A stretch of DNA of 64,000 bases, taken from Escherichia coli (lineage in GTDB: Bacteria > Pseudomonadota > Gammaproteobacteria > Enterobacterales > Enterobacteriaceae). Location: the NCBI RefSeq assembly GCF_029227855.1, contig NZ_CP074356.1. One strand, written 5' to 3'. Both the position numbers and the translations under genes were made by a program. The stretch's first letter is position 1. Every line of letters starts with the position of its first letter. Shown one piece after another: positions 23,046 to 34,170 of the stretch. Below the pieces are notes generated by a model that saw only the letters and a program-made list of their open reading frames with translations, was not told the DNA's origin and did not search any database.

Positions 23046-24062
23046 ATGAGAGTTCTGGTTACCGGTGGTAGCGGTTACATTGGAAGTCATACCTGTGTGC
23101 AATTACTGCAAAACGGTCATGATGTCATCATTCTTGATAACCTCTGTAACAGTAAGCGCAGCGTACTGCCCGTTATCGAGCGTTTAGGCGGCAAACATCC
23201 AACGTTTGTTGAAGGCGATATCCGTAACGAAGCGTTGATGACCGAGATCCTGCACGATCACGCTATCGACACCGTGATCCACTTCGCCGGGCTGAAAGCC
23301 GTTGGCGAATCGGTACAAAAACCGCTGGAATATTACGACAACAATGTTAACGGCACCCTGCGCCTGATTAGCGCCATGCGCGCCGCGAACGTCAAAAACT
23401 TTATCTTTAGCTCCTCCGCCACCGTTTATGGCGATCAGCCCAAAATTCCATACGTTGAAAGCTTCCCGACCGGCACACCGCAAAGCCCTTACGGCAAAAG
23501 CAAACTGATGGTTGAACAGATCCTCACCGATCTGCAAAAAGCCCAGCCGGACTGGAGCATTGCCCTGCTGCGCTACTTCAACCCGGTTGGCGCGCATCCG
23601 TCGGGCGATATGGGCGAAGATCCGCAAGGCATTCCGAATAACCTGATGCCATACATCGCCCAGGTTGCTGTAGGCCGTCGCGACTCGCTGGCGATTTTTG
23701 GTAACGATTATCCGACTGAAGACGGTACTGGTGTACGCGATTACATCCACGTAATGGATCTGGCCGACGGTCACGTCGTGGCGATGGAAAAACTGGCGAA
23801 CAAGCCCGGCGTACACATCTACAACCTCGGCGCTGGCGTAGGCAGCAGCGTGCTGGACGTGGTTAATGCCTTCAGCAAAGCCTGCGGCAAACCGGTTAAC
23901 TATCATTTTGCACCGCGTCGCGAGGGCGACCTTCCGGCCTACTGGGCGGACGCCAGCAAAGCCGACCGTGAACTGAACTGGCGCGTGACGCGCACACTCG
24001 ATGAAATGGCGCAGGACACCTGGCACTGGCAGTCACGCCATCCACAGGGATATCCCGATTAA
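23046..24062 (+). CDS. galE: UDP-glucose 4-epimerase
   Basis: MRVLVTGGSGYIGSHTCVQLLQNGHDVIILDN... gives 338 aa from ATG 23046. Confidence 0.97.
   Translation: MRVLVTGGSGYIGSHTCVQLLQNGHDVIILDNLCNSKRSVLPVIERLGGKHPTFVEGDIRNEALMTEILHDHAIDTVIHFAGLKAVGESVQKPLEYYDNNVNGTLRLISAMRAANVKNFIFSSSATVYGDQPKIPYVESFPTGTPQSPYGKSKLMVEQILTDLQKAQPDWSIALLRYFNPVGAHPSGDMGEDPQGIPNNLMPYIAQVAVGRRDSLAIFGNDYPTEDGTGVRDYIHVMDLADGHVVAMEKLANKPGVHIYNLGAGVGSSVLDVVNAFSKACGKPVNYHFAPRREGDLPAYWADASKADRELNWRVTRTLDEMAQDTWHWQSRHPQGYPD
23065..23080. promoter_or_regulatory. gal internal operator OI
   Basis: gtggtagcggttacat lies inside the first codons of galE. Confidence 0.85.
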
Positions 24063-24071
24063 GGAACGACC

Positions 24072-25118
24072 ATGACGCAATTTAATCCCGTTGATCATCC
24101 ACATCGCCGCTATAACCCGCTCACCGGGCAATGGATTCTGGTTTCACCGCACCGCGCTAAGCGCCCCTGGCAGGGGGCGCAGGAAACGCCAGCCAAACAG
24201 GTGTTACCTGCGCACGATCCAGATTGCTTCCTCTGCGCAGGTAATGTGCGGGTGACAGGCGATAAAAACCCCGATTACACCGGGACTTACGTTTTCACTA
24301 ATGACTTTGCGGCCTTGATGTCTGACACGCCAGATGCGCCAGAAAGCAACGATCCGCTGATGCGTTGCCAGAGCGCGCGCGGTACCAGCCGGGTGATCTG
24401 CTTTTCACCGGATCACAGTAAAACGTTGCCAGAACTCAGCGTTGCGGCATTGACGGAAATCGTCAAAACCTGGCAGGAGCAAACCGCAGAACTGGGGAAA
24501 ACATACCCATGGGTGCAGGTCTTTGAAAACAAAGGTGCGGCGATGGGCTGCTCTAACCCGCATCCGCACGGACAGATTTGGGCAAATAGCTTCCTGCCTA
24601 ACGAAGCTGAGCGTGAAGACCGCCTGCAAAAAGAATATTTTGCCGAACAGAAATCACCAATGCTGGTGGATTATGTTCAGCGCGAGCTGGCAGACGGTAG
24701 CCGTACCGTTGTCGAAACCGAACACTGGTTAGCCGTTGTGCCTTACTGGGCTGCCTGGCCGTTCGAAACGCTACTGCTGCCCAAAGCCCACGTTTTGCGG
24801 ATCACCGATTTGACCGACGCCCAGCGCAGCGATTTGGCGCTGGCGTTGAAAAAGCTGACCAGTCGTTATGACAACCTCTTCCAGTGCTCCTTCCCCTACT
24901 CTATGGGCTGGCACGGCGCGCCATTTAATGGCGAAGAGAATCAACACTGGCAGCTGCACGCGCACTTTTATCCGCCTCTGTTGCGCTCCGCCACCGTACG
25001 TAAATTTATGGTTGGTTATGAAATGCTGGCAGAGACCCAGCGAGACCTGACCGCAGAACAGGCAGCAGAGCGTTTGCGCGCAGTCAGCGATATCCATTTT
25101 CGCGAATCCGGAGTGTAA
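24072..25118 (+). CDS. galT: Galactose-1-phosphate uridylyltransferase
   Basis: A 348 aa ORF with the HPHGQ active-site motif. Confidence 0.97.
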   Translation: MTQFNPVDHPHRRYNPLTGQWILVSPHRAKRPWQGAQETPAKQVLPAHDPDCFLCAGNVRVTGDKNPDYTGTYVFTNDFAALMSDTPDAPESNDPLMRCQSARGTSRVICFSPDHSKTLPELSVAALTEIVKTWQEQTAELGKTYPWVQVFENKGAAMGCSNPHPHGQIWANSFLPNEAEREDRLQKEYFAEQKSPMLVDYVQRELADGSRTVVETEHWLAVVPYWAAWPFETLLLPKAHVLRITDLTDAQRSDLALALKKLTSRYDNLFQCSFPYSMGWHGAPFNGEENQHWQLHAHFYPPLLRSATVRKFMVGYEMLAETQRDLTAEQAAERLRAVSDIHFRESGV

Positions 25119-25121
25119 GAA

Positions 25122-26270
25122 ATGAGTCTGAAAGAAAAAACACAATCTCTGTTTGCCAACGCATTTGGCTACCCTGCCACTCACACCATTCAGGCGCCTG
25201 GCCGCGTGAATTTGATTGGTGAACACACCGACTACAACGACGGTTTCGTTCTGCCCTGCGCGATTGATTATCAAACCGTGATCAGTTGTGCACCACGCGA
25301 TGACCGTAAAGTTCGCGTGATGGCAGCCGATTATGAAAATCAGCTCGACGAGTTTTCCCTCGATGCGCCCATTGTCGCACATGAAAGCTATCAGTGGGCT
25401 AACTACGTTCGTGGCGTGGTGAAACATCTGCAACTGCGTAACAACAGCTTCGGCGGCGTGGACATGGTGATCAGCGGCAATGTTCCGCAGGGTGCCGGGT
25501 TAAGTTCTTCCGCTTCACTGGAAGTCGCGGTCGGAACCGTATTGCAGCAGCTTTATCATTTGCCGCTGGACGGCGCACAAATCGCGCTTAACGGTCAGGA
25601 AGCAGAAAACCAGTTTGTTGGCTGTAACTGCGGGATCATGGATCAGCTAATTTCCGCACTCGGCAAGAAAGATCATGCCTTGCTGATTGACTGCCGCTCA
25701 CTGGGGACTAAAGCAGTCTCCATGCCGAAAGGTGTGGCTGTCGTCATCATTAACAGTAACTTCAAACGTACCCTGGTTGGCAGCGAATACAACACCCGTC
25801 GTGAACAGTGCGAAACCGGTGCGCGTTTCTTCCAGCAGCCAGCGCTGCGCGATGTCACCATTGAAGAGTTCAACGCTGTTGCGCATGAACTGGACCCAAT
25901 CGTGGCGAAACGCGTGCGTCATATCCTGACTGAAAACGCCCGCACCGTTGAAGCTGCCAGCGCGCTGGAGCAAGGCGACCTGAAACGTATGGGCGAGTTG
26001 ATGGCGGAGTCTCATGCCTCTATGCGCGATGATTTCGAAATCACCGTGCCGCAAATTGACACTCTGGTAGAAATCGTCAAAGCTGTGATTGGTGACAAAG
26101 GTGGCGTACGCATGACCGGCGGCGGATTTGGCGGCTGTATCGTCGCGCTGATCCCGGAAGAGCTGGTGCCTGCCGTACAGCAAGCTGTCGCTGAACAATA
26201 TGAAGCAAAAACAGGTATTAAAGAGACTTTTTACGTTTGTAAACCATCACAAGGAGCAGGACAGTGCTGA
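25122..26270 (+). CDS. galK: Galactokinase
   Basis: A 382 aa ORF with GHMP kinase motifs ([23 protein letters not shown]). Confidence 0.97.
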   Translation: MSLKEKTQSLFANAFGYPATHTIQAPGRVNLIGEHTDYNDGFVLPCAIDYQTVISCAPRDDRKVRVMAADYENQLDEFSLDAPIVAHESYQWANYVRGVVKHLQLRNNSFGGVDMVISGNVPQGAGLSSSASLEVAVGTVLQQLYHLPLDGAQIALNGQEAENQFVGCNCGIMDQLISALGKKDHALLIDCRSLGTKAVSMPKGVAVVIINSNFKRTLVGSEYNTRREQCETGARFFQQPALRDVTIEEFNAVAHELDPIVAKRVRHILTENARTVEAASALEQGDLKRMGELMAESHASMRDDFEITVPQIDTLVEIVKAVIGDKGGVRMTGGGFGGCIVALIPEELVPAVQQAVAEQYEAKTGIKETFYVCKPSQGAGQC

Positions 26271-27304
26271 ACGAAACTCCCGCACTGGCACCCGATGGTC
26301 AGCCGTACCGACTGTTAACTTTGCGTAACAACGCAGGGATGGTAGTCACGCTGATGGACTGGGGTGCGACTTTACTTTCAGCCCGTATTCCGCTTTCCGA
26401 TGGCAGCGTCCGCGAGGCGCTGCTCGGCTGTGCCAGCCCGGAATGCTATCAGGATCAGGCCGCGTTTCTGGGGGCCTCTATTGGTCGTTATGCCAACCGT
26501 ATCGCCAATAGCCGTTATACCTTTGACGGTGAAACCGTGACGCTTTCGCCAAGTCAGGGCGTTAACCAGCTGCACGGCGGCCCGGAAGGGTTCGACAAAC
26601 GTCGCTGGCAGATTGTGAACCAGAACGATCGTCAGGTACTGTTTGCCCTGAGTTCAGATGATGGCGATCAGGGCTTCCCGGGTAATCTCGGTGCGACGGT
26701 GCAATATCGTCTGACCGACGATAACCGTATCTCCATTACTTATCGCGCCACAGTTGATAAACCTTGCCCGGTGAATATGACTAATCACGTCTATTTCAAT
26801 CTTGACGGCGAGCAGTCTGACGTGCGCAATCACAAGTTGCAGATTCTGGCGGACGAATATCTGCCGGTTGATGAAGGCGGCATTCCGCTCGACGGCCTGA
26901 AATCTGTCGCCGGAACGTCTTTTGATTTCCGCAGCGCCAAAATCATCGCCAGTGAGTTTCTTGCCGACGACGATCAGCGCAAAGTGAAAGGTTACGATCA
27001 CGCATTCTTGTTACAGGCCAAAGGCGATGGCAAGAAAGTGGCGGCGCATGTCTGGTCAGCAGATGAAAAATTGCAGCTGAAGGTCTACACCACCGCTCCG
27101 GCTCTGCAATTCTACTCCGGCAACTTCCTCGGCGGCACACCTTCGCGGGGAACCGAACCTTACGCCGACTGGCATGGGCTGGCTCTGGAAAGCGAGTTTC
27201 TGCCGGACAGCCCGAACCACCCTGAATGGCCGCAACCGGACTGCTTCCTGCGTCCTGGCGAAGAGTATTCCAGCCTGACGGAATATCAGTTTATTGCTGA
27301 GTAA
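26264..27304 (+). CDS. galM: Aldose 1-epimerase (mutarotase)
   Basis: A 346 aa ORF that overlaps the galK end by 7 nt. Confidence 0.96.
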   Translation: MLNETPALAPDGQPYRLLTLRNNAGMVVTLMDWGATLLSARIPLSDGSVREALLGCASPECYQDQAAFLGASIGRYANRIANSRYTFDGETVTLSPSQGVNQLHGGPEGFDKRRWQIVNQNDRQVLFALSSDDGDQGFPGNLGATVQYRLTDDNRISITYRATVDKPCPVNMTNHVYFNLDGEQSDVRNHKLQILADEYLPVDEGGIPLDGLKSVAGTSFDFRSAKIIASEFLADDDQRKVKGYDHAFLLQAKGDGKKVAAHVWSADEKLQLKVYTTAPALQFYSGNFLGGTPSRGTEPYADWHGLALESEFLPDSPNHPEWPQPDCFLRPGEEYSSLTEYQFIAE

Positions 27305-27308
27305 TGTT

Positions 27309-27331
27309 AAGCCCTCGTCATGAGGGCTTTA
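27309..27331 (+). terminator. Hairpin after galM (gal operon end)
   Basis: aagccctc-gtcat-gagggctt stem-loop immediately after the stop codon. The T-tract is weak. Confidence 0.45.
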
Positions 27332-27460
27332 TCTTCATATTGTTCAAATCACCAGCGAACACCGACATATTTGCAACTCAATATTCACAACAACCTTACA
27401 CTGCGACACTATTTTCGCTATGGTTATGCGTAAGCATTGCTGTTGCTTCGTCACGGCAAT

Positions 27461-27481
27461 ATAATGAGAATTATTATCATT
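27461..27481. promoter_or_regulatory. Fur box in the gpmA promoter
   Basis: ataatgagaattattatcatt closely resembles the Fur consensus GATAATGATAATCATTATC. It lies about 25 nt upstream of the gpmA ATG. Confidence 0.7.
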
Positions 27482-27506
27482 AAAAGATGATTTGAGGAGT
27501 AAGTAT

Positions 27507-28259
27507 ATGGCTGTAACTAAGCTGGTTCTGGTTCGTCATGGCGAAAGTCAGTGGAACAAAGAAAACCGTTTCACCGGTTGGTACGACGTGGATCTGTCTG
27601 AGAAAGGCGTAAGCGAAGCAAAAGCAGCAGGTAAGCTGCTGAAAGAGGAAGGTTACAGCTTTGACTTTGCTTACACCTCTGTGCTGAAACGCGCTATTCA
27701 TACCCTGTGGAATGTGCTGGACGAACTGGATCAGGCATGGCTGCCCGTTGAGAAATCCTGGAAACTGAACGAACGTCACTACGGTGCGTTGCAGGGTCTG
27801 AACAAAGCGGAAACCGCTGAAAAGTATGGCGACGAGCAGGTGAAACAATGGCGTCGTGGTTTTGCGGTGACTCCGCCGGAACTGACTAAAGATGATGAGC
27901 GTTATCCGGGTCACGATCCCCGTTACGCGAAACTGAGCGAGAAAGAACTGCCGCTAACGGAAAGCCTGGCGCTGACCATTGACCGCGTGATCCCTTACTG
28001 GAATGAAACTATTCTACCGCGTATGAAGAGCGGTGAGCGCGTCATCATCGCTGCACACGGTAACTCGTTACGTGCGCTGGTGAAATATCTTGATAACATG
28101 AGCGAAGAAGAGATTCTTGAGCTGAATATCCCGACTGGCGTGCCGCTGGTTTATGAGTTTGACGAGAACTTCAAACCGCTGAAACGCTATTATCTGGGTA
28201 ATGCTGACGAGATCGCGGCGAAAGCAGCGGCCGTTGCAAACCAGGGTAAAGCGAAGTAA
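27507..28259 (+). CDS. gpmA: 2,3-bisphosphoglycerate-dependent phosphoglycerate mutase
   Basis: [25 protein letters not shown]... gives 250 aa from ATG 27507. Confidence 0.97.
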
Positions 28260-28285
28260 ACGTCATTCGTTTAAAAAATAAATAT

Positions 28286-28309
28286 CCTCCGGCATAGCCG
28301 GAGGTTTTT
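28286..28309 (+). terminator. Rho-independent terminator of gpmA
   Basis: cctccggc-ata-gccggagg stem-loop followed by ttttt. Confidence 0.85.
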
Positions 28310-28311
28310 CA

Positions 28312-29026
28312 AATGCGCCTATAAGGCTCTCTTACCAGCCGCGCCCTAACAGGCGCACACGATCTGACATTTGCATCCAACTTCGTTACTTACGGCCCGT
28401 AAACGGGCTGCCCGGATAGGGAATCGATAACTGCTCTCCCATTTTATCCTCTTCAAGCTGGTGCTTTATGTAATCCTGTATCTTCGCCGTGTTCTTACCC
28501 ACTGTATCGACGTAGTACCCTCTGCACCAGAACTCCCTGTTCCTGTATTTGAATTTCAAATCACCAAACTGCTCGTAAAGCATCAGACTGCTTTTCCCTT
28601 TCAGATATCCCATAAACCCGGATACGCTCATTTTGGGCGGGATCTCCACAAGCATATGGATATGATCTGCACAGCATTCAGCTTCCAGAATCCGTACGCT
28701 TTTCCACTCACACAGCTTTCTCAAAATACTGCCTATTGCTCTACGCTTCTCTCTGTAGAACACCTGTCTTCGGTATTTTGGCGCAAAAACTATGTGATAT
28801 TTACAGTTCCATCGGGTGTGCGCTAAGCTCTTTTCGTTCCCCATTGGGACCCCCTTTTGATTTCTTGTTTGACACTTGCAGTTGCCAGACCGCAAAGTGT
28901 TTTAACAAATCAAAAGGGGTTTTAATAACTGGCTCAAAGCTGAAAGCTTTCCGGAACCCCCAGCCTAGCTGGGGGTTTTCTGTGCACAATGAGAAAGCCG
29001 ACTGCAAGTGAGTCGGCTTTTTTGTT
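28312..29026 (-). mobile_element. IS200-family insertion sequence (IS200/IS605 family). The ends are approximate.
   Basis: It contains an IS200-type tnpA. Upstream of tnpA sit the characteristic structured left end with two hairpins (28955-28977 aacccccagc-cta-gctgggggtt; 28994-29023 aaagccgact-gcaagtg-agtcggcttt plus T-run). The total span of about 0.71 kb is typical of IS200. No terminal inverted repeats are present, as expected for this family. Confidence 0.85.
28386..28844 (-). CDS. tnpA: IS200 transposase TnpA (HUH Y1 transposase), 152 aa
   Basis: MGNEKSLAHTRWNCKYHIVFAPKYRRQVFY...CADHIHMLVEIPPKMSVS... carries the HUH motif (HIH) and is near-identical to the IS200 TnpA I remember. I place the start at the internal ATG 28844. 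Confidence 0.93.
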   Translation of the reverse strand: MGNEKSLAHTRWNCKYHIVFAPKYRRQVFYREKRRAIGSILRKLCEWKSVRILEAECCADHIHMLVEIPPKMSVSGFMGYLKGKSSLMLYEQFGDLKFKYRNREFWCRGYYVDTVGKNTAKIQDYIKHQLEEDKMGEQLSIPYPGSPFTGRK

Positions 29027-29052
29027 TGTCGTTGCTAACAATGGAGCACATT

Positions 29053-29127
29053 GCCTGATGCGACGCTGCGCGTCTTGTCAGGGCTACGGTGATTCATCGG
29101 ATACGCCACTCTGACGGCGCATCCGAC
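29053..29127. repeat. REP/BIME element (two inverted REP units)
   Basis: gcctgatgcgacgctgcgcgtcttgtcagggc plus cggatacgccactctgacggcgcatccgac lie just downstream of the aroG stop. Confidence 0.8.
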
Positions 29128-29136
29128 AATTAAACC

Positions 29137-30189
29137 TTACCCGCGACGCGCTTTTACTGCATTCGCCAGTTGACGTAACAGAGCATCGGTATCTTCCCAG
29201 CCGATGCAGGCATCAGTGATGCTCTTGCCATAGGCCAGCGGTTCCCCACTCTCGAGGCTCTGATTGCCTTCCACCAGATGGCTTTCCACCATCACGCCAA
29301 TAATGGCCTTTTCGCCACCGGCAATCTGCTGGCAAACGTCAGCACAAACATCCATCTGCTTTTTAAATTGTTTTGACGAGTTAGCATGGCTGAAATCGAT
29401 CATCACCTGTGCTGGCAGGCCTGCTTTGTTCAGCCCTTCTTTCACTTCAGCAACGTGCTTCGCGCTGTAGTTAGGCTCTTTACCGCCGCGCAGAATGATA
29501 TGGCAATCGCCGTTACCGCTGGTATTCACAATCGCCGAATGCCCCCATTTCGTTACGGACAGGAAGCAGTGCGGCGCACCGGCGGCATTAATGGCATCGA
29601 TAGCCACTTTAATCGTACCATCAGTGCCATTTTTGAAGCCTACCGGGCAAGAAAGCCCTGATGCCAGTTCGCGGTGCACCTGCGATTCCGTAGTACGTGC
29701 GCCAATTGCGCCCCAGCTCATCAGGTCAGCGAGATACTGCGGGGTGATCATATCGAGAAATTCACCCGCTGCTGGCAAACCGCTGTCGTTAATATCAAGC
29801 AGCAATTTACGGGCAATACGCAGACCGTCGTTGATCTGGAAGCTGTTATCCATATGCGGATCATTAATCAGCCCTTTCCAGCCCACAGTGGTACGCGGCT
29901 TTTCAAAATAGACGCGCATCACGATTTCCAGCTCATCTTGCAGCTCTTCACGCAGCGTCAGCAAGCGAGTGGCATACTCTTTAGCCGCGACAGGATCATG
30001 AATTGAGCACGGACCAATCACCACCAACAGGCGATCATCATTACCTTTCAGGATCTTATGGATCTCTTTTCGGGCATGGGCGACCGTATTCGCGGCATTT
30101 TCAGTAGCGGGGAATTTTTCCAGCAATGCGACAGGAGGAAGTAACTCTTTGATTTCTTTGATGCGTAAATCGTCGTTCTGATAATTCAT
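29137..30189 (-). CDS. aroG: Phe-sensitive DAHP synthase
   Basis: A 350 aa ORF (MNYQNDDLRIKEIKELLPPVALLEKFPATENAANTVAHARK...). Confidence 0.97.
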   Translation of the reverse strand: MNYQNDDLRIKEIKELLPPVALLEKFPATENAANTVAHARKEIHKILKGNDDRLLVVIGPCSIHDPVAAKEYATRLLTLREELQDELEIVMRVYFEKPRTTVGWKGLINDPHMDNSFQINDGLRIARKLLLDINDSGLPAAGEFLDMITPQYLADLMSWGAIGARTTESQVHRELASGLSCPVGFKNGTDGTIKVAIDAINAAGAPHCFLSVTKWGHSAIVNTSGNGDCHIILRGGKEPNYSAKHVAEVKEGLNKAGLPAQVMIDFSHANSSKQFKKQMDVCADVCQQIAGGEKAIIGVMVESHLVEGNQSLESGEPLAYGKSITDACIGWEDTDALLRQLANAVKARRG

Positions 30190-30259
30190 GTCTGTTCCAG
30201 TGTTGCCATACTTATCTTAGTGAATGCAATACTTCCAATCTATATCTTCCGTCAGAATG

Positions 30260-30277
30260 TGTAAACGGGGTTTTACA
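30260..30277. promoter_or_regulatory. TyrR box upstream of aroG
   Basis: tgtaaacggggttttaca is a perfect TGTAAA-N6-TTTACA. Confidence 0.8.
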
Positions 30278-30504
30278 CTATGAACGGATTAATCCTGGAA
30301 TTAGCAAGAAAAACGCCAGATTGTCGCGAAAAACGAGATCTCTCCTACAATTTCTAACTGTAACTCCTTTGTTTGTTAATTATTTCAAGATTCTCTGCTG
30401 GATATCTTTGCCTGGCTGAAATCTTAAACCATTGCCTTATATTCACCTGCAAATGCACTGTTGGAAGAGGTTATCCGACATAACGACCATAACAGGAGCA
30501 TCCT

Positions 30505-30885
30505 ATGAAAATGACAAAACTGGCCACACTATTTTTGACTGCCACTCTAAGCCTTGCCAGCGGTGCCACACTGGCTGCCGATAGCGGAGCGCAAAGCAAT
30601 AACGGCCAGGCAAACGCCGCAGCTGATGCGGGCCAGGTAGCCCCTGATGCCCGTGAAAATGTCGCGCCAAATAACGTCGACAATAACGGGGTAAATACCG
30701 GCTCTGGCGGCACAATGCTGCATCCGGATGGTTCTTCAATGAACAATGACGGCATGACCAAAGATGAAGAGCACAAGAACACCATGTGCAAAGATGGTCG
30801 CTGCCCGGATATCAATAAAAAAGTCCAAACCGGTGATGGCATCAACAATGATGTCGATACCAAAACCGACGGTACCACGCAGTAA
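30505..30885 (+). CDS. ybgS: Secreted protein YbgS
   Basis: A 126 aa ORF with a signal peptide ([24 protein letters not shown]) and an N/D/G-rich mature part. Confidence 0.88.
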   Translation: MKMTKLATLFLTATLSLASGATLAADSGAQSNNGQANAAADAGQVAPDARENVAPNNVDNNGVNTGSGGTMLHPDGSSMNNDGMTKDEEHKNTMCKDGRCPDINKKVQTGDGINNDVDTKTDGTTQ

Positions 30886-30998
30886 CCCTGCGAAATAGCC
30901 AATAATGGGAGAGCGGAGTCTCTCCCTTTTAATTTTTCCCTTCTAAAAGCAGTATGATGTCATAAAGTTAAGTGAGAATAATTAAGGGATGACTCGTC

Positions 30999-31940
30999 AT
31001 GGCGCACTCACACTCACACACTTCCTCACACCTGCCAGAAGATAATAATGCTCGTCGCTTGTTGTATGCTTTCGGCGTGACTGCCGGGTTTATGCTCGTA
31101 GAAGTCATTGGTGGTTTTCTTTCCGGTTCTCTGGCATTGCTGGCCGATGCGGGTCATATGTTGACCGATACTGCCGCCCTGCTTTTTGCCCTACTCGCAG
31201 TGCAATTTTCCCGTCGTCCTCCCACCATTCGCCACACTTTCGGTTGGCTAAGATTGACCACGCTCGCGGCGTTTGTGAATGCCATCGCCCTGGTGGTGAT
31301 TACTATTTTGATTGTCTGGGAGGCGATAGAACGCTTCCGCACTCCGCGTCCGGTCGAGGGCGGCATGATGATGGCAATTGCCGTGGCTGGGCTGCTGGCA
31401 AATATACTTTCTTTCTGGTTACTTCATCACGGCAGCGAAGAGAAAAACCTCAACGTGCGAGCAGCGGCACTGCATGTCCTCGGGGACCTGCTGGGTTCGG
31501 TTGGGGCTATTATTGCCGCGTTGATTATTATCTGGACCGGCTGGACACCTGCTGATCCCATTCTCTCAATACTGGTGTCGCTTCTGGTTCTGCGTAGCGC
31601 GTGGCGACTGTTGAAAGATAGCGTGAATGAATTACTTGAAGGTGCACCGGTATCGCTGGATATCGCCGAACTGAAGCGTCGTATGTGCCGGGAAATCCCG
31701 GAAGTCCGCAATGTGCACCATGTACATGTATGGATGGTAGGCGAGAAGCCGGTGATGACGCTGCATGTGCAGGTGATCCCGCCACACGATCACGATGCCT
31801 TGTTAGATCAGATCCAACACTACCTGATGGATCACTATCAGATTGAGCACGCCACTATTCAAATGGAATATCAACCTTGTCATGGGCCAGACTGCCACCT
31901 GAATGAAGGGGGGTCTGGCCATTCACATCATCACCATTAA
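30999..31940 (+). CDS. zitB: CDF-family Zn(II) efflux transporter
   Basis: A 313 aa ORF with His-rich termini ([11 protein letters not shown]...GSGHSHHHH) and six transmembrane segments. Confidence 0.95.
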   Translation: MAHSHSHTSSHLPEDNNARRLLYAFGVTAGFMLVEVIGGFLSGSLALLADAGHMLTDTAALLFALLAVQFSRRPPTIRHTFGWLRLTTLAAFVNAIALVVITILIVWEAIERFRTPRPVEGGMMMAIAVAGLLANILSFWLLHHGSEEKNLNVRAAALHVLGDLLGSVGAIIAALIIIWTGWTPADPILSILVSLLVLRSAWRLLKDSVNELLEGAPVSLDIAELKRRMCREIPEVRNVHHVHVWMVGEKPVMTLHVQVIPPHDHDALLDQIQHYLMDHYQIEHATIQMEYQPCHGPDCHLNEGGSGHSHHHH

Positions 31941-32656
31941 TGGGACAGCGCGCGTGAACCTCTTTCGCGTGCGCTGTTGATCCACATCCGGCTGCCGTTG
32001 AGGGCAATAAAGGTCAGGATGATGTACTCCAGAGACATGGCGTAAACGCCCTGAAGTGCAAAAATAACGACGCTAATCACGTTAATAATCACCCACAACA
32101 GCCAGTTTTCCACATACTTACGCGTCATCAGAATCATTGCCACGATAGATAACACCATCATGCAGGAATCCCAGAACGGGAAAGCGTCCGGTTGCAGTTC
32201 AGGCATCACAACCTGTAATCCTAATGCTTGCATGATCATGACTGCCACGCGGGTCAAAAATGCAAACACCGGATTGATAAATACCGTCATCAGACCAATC
32301 GAAACAACGCAAACCGCCAACCAGCTTAGCGCCTTCGGCAATGGCAACCAGCGAATTTTCAACTCCGCCTCGTTCTGACTGGTTTGTCGCGACCACGCAT
32401 ACCAACCGTAAATATTCGCGGCAAAGAAAAACACCTGTAATAGCAGGCTGGCATACAGCTGAATCTGAAAGAAAATAATGCCAAACAAGGTGACGTTGAT
32501 CAGGCCAAAGAAGTAGTTGCTGATCTTCTCCAGACTGGCAAGGCCAATACACAGCAACCCGGCGATCGTGCCTACCGCTTCGATCCATGAGAGATCATAA
32601 CCGCCTGCTCCTATTGGTATATGTACCAGGATATTCTGCACACTAAAAAAATCCAT
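31937..32656 (-). CDS. pnuC: Nicotinamide riboside transporter
   Basis: A 239 aa membrane protein downstream of nadA in the same orientation. Confidence 0.95.
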   Translation of the reverse strand: MDFFSVQNILVHIPIGAGGYDLSWIEAVGTIAGLLCIGLASLEKISNYFFGLINVTLFGIIFFQIQLYASLLLQVFFFAANIYGWYAWSRQTSQNEAELKIRWLPLPKALSWLAVCVVSIGLMTVFINPVFAFLTRVAVMIMQALGLQVVMPELQPDAFPFWDSCMMVLSIVAMILMTRKYVENWLLWVIINVISVVIFALQGVYAMSLEYIILTFIALNGSRMWINSARERGSRALSH

Positions 32657-32693
32657 CTTTCCCCCAAAGCGTAACGTTACGCCTTATTATTCG

Positions 32694-33737
32694 TTATCCA
32701 CGTAGTGTAGCCGCAAAATCCAGCATACGATTGAGCGGCACCAGCGCCCTCTCTCGCAGCCTTTCATCAACATGAACCTCGTGATTGCTTCCTTCCTGTT
32801 CTAATGCCTCTGCGATGGCCTGAAGGCCATTCATGGCCATCCACGGACAATGCGCGCAGCTGCGGCAGGTTGCACCCTCACCTGCGGTTGGTGCTTCCAG
32901 TAACTCTTTATCTGGCACCGCCTGCTGCATTTTGTAGAAAATACCCCGATCGGTTGCCACAATAAGCCTCTGATGTGGCAATGTTTTCGCAGCAGCGATC
33001 AGTTGACTGGTGGAACCGACCGCATCCGCCATATCGACAATAGCTTGTGGTGATTCTGGATGCACCAGTATGGCAGCATCCGGGTATTCTTCTTGCAAGC
33101 GGGTTAACGCCTGAGTCTTAAATTCATCATGCACAATGCAGGCACCCTGCCAGCATAAAATGTCTGCGCCCGTCTGTTTTTGCACGTAACGCCCCAGATG
33201 TTTGTCGGGTGCCCAGATGATTTTTTCACCCAAACTATCCAGATGATCAATAAGTTCGACGGCAATGCTTGAAGTTACCACCCAATCTGCCCGCGCTTTT
33301 ACCGCAGCAGAAGTGTTGGCGTAGACGACGACAGTATGATCGGGATGGGCATCGCAAAATGCGTTAAATTCTTCAACAGGGCAGCCGAGATCCAGTGAAC
33401 ATTCAGCCTGAAGTGTCGGCATCAGAATTGTTTTTTCCGGACTGAGAATTTTGGCGGTTTCTCCCATAAATCTCACCCCAGCGACTAACAACGTAGAAGC
33501 GGGATGCTTTGCACCGAAGCGCGCCATTTCCAGAGAATCAGAAATACAGCCACCGGTTTCTTCTGCCAGTTGTTGAATTTCGGGATCGGTATAGTAATGG
33601 GCAACCATCACCGCATTACGTTCTTTTAGCAGACGTTTTATCTTCTCGCGGTAATACGCTTTTTCATCAATGCTTAACGGCGTCGGCTTCGGGGGGAAAG
33701 GATAAATCGCCGTGTCTGGATCAAACATCACGCTCAT
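32694..33737 (-). CDS. nadA: Quinolinate synthase A
   Basis: A 347 aa ORF ([37 protein letters not shown]...). Confidence 0.97.
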   Translation of the reverse strand: MSVMFDPDTAIYPFPPKPTPLSIDEKAYYREKIKRLLKERNAVMVAHYYTDPEIQQLAEETGGCISDSLEMARFGAKHPASTLLVAGVRFMGETAKILSPEKTILMPTLQAECSLDLGCPVEEFNAFCDAHPDHTVVVYANTSAAVKARADWVVTSSIAVELIDHLDSLGEKIIWAPDKHLGRYVQKQTGADILCWQGACIVHDEFKTQALTRLQEEYPDAAILVHPESPQAIVDMADAVGSTSQLIAAAKTLPHQRLIVATDRGIFYKMQQAVPDKELLEAPTAGEGATCRSCAHCPWMAMNGLQAIAEALEQEGSNHEVHVDERLRERALVPLNRMLDFAATLRG

Positions 33738-33809
33738 CTTACCATCTCGTTTTACAGGCTTAACGTTAAAACCGACATGAGCGTAATATTCGCTGTTATC
33801 GGTGTAATT

Positions 33810-33827
33810 TGTTTTATATGCTAAACA
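33810..33827. promoter_or_regulatory. NadR operator upstream of nadA
   Basis: tgttttatatgctaaaca is a TGTTTA-N6-TAAACA type palindrome about 75 nt upstream of the nadA ATG. Confidence 0.7.
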
Positions 33828-33983
33828 AGATAGTCGAATGGTGGGGAAAAGTCACTCGAATTACGTATGAGATGCCGAATGCCACACTTTGCGTCTTATT
33901 TCTCCGACGTAAAGTTGTTTACGCAGCAAACGCGGAGTATGTCATCTGGGTTAAGAATTGAAATTGAGAGATGCCTGAATAGC

Positions 33984-34010
33984 AAAAAAGCGCCTTTAGG
34001 GCGCTTTTTT
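33984..34010 (-). terminator. Distal rho-independent terminator of the lysT operon (second copy)
   Basis: aaaaaagcgcc-ttta-gggcgctttttt is a symmetric hairpin flanked by A- and T-runs. It directly follows the tRNA-Lys 3' fragment at 34015-34032. Confidence 0.75.
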
Positions 34011-34014
34011 ACAT

Positions 34015-34032
34015 TGGTGGGTCGTGCAGGAT
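34015..34032 (-). repeat. tRNA-Lys 3'-end fragment (18 nt), copy A, with conserved adjoining sequence
   Basis: tggtgggtcgtgcaggat is identical to the first 18 nt (plus strand) of every tRNA-Lys gene here. It then diverges into gactcgcttcgctcgccctacgggccgt. Confidence 0.9.
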
Positions 34033-34139
34033 GACTCGCTTCGCTCGCCCTACGGGCCGTCGCCGCGAGCGGCTCCGTTATTTCGCTGCGCTCAACTCGA
34101 ACCTGCTGCAGGTTCGAATCTTTGAGTATCGCAGATAGT

Positions 34140-34166
34140 AAAAAAGCGCCTTTAGGGCGCTTTTTT
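34140..34166 (-). terminator. Proximal rho-independent terminator directly after lysQ
   Basis: Same 27-nt hairpin aaaaaagcgcctttagggcgctttttt as at 33984-34010. Confidence 0.75.
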
Positions 34167-34170
34167 ACAT

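Noticed and set aside
23184-24026. 280-aa ORF antisense to galE. Similar long antisense ORFs occur at 16784-17479 (ybhA), 24771-25433 (galT/galK), 6116-6679 (bioA), 36005-36625 (pal), 43095-43805 (cydA) and 49722-50291 (glmE).
   Set aside because: Each lies fully inside a confidently identified gene on the opposite strand. Such shadow ORFs are common in GC-balanced coding DNA.
24662-24669. Chi sites (gctggtgg at 7534-7541 and 24662-24669; several reverse-orientation ccaccagc copies, e.g. 653-660, 731-738 and 4191-4198)
   Set aside because: This is the normal density for E. coli core DNA and not noteworthy on its own.
31937-31940. 4-nt overlap of the convergent zitB and pnuC ends (TAA on both strands within ttaa)
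   Set aside because: This is an ordinary feature of the core locus with no functional implication evident.
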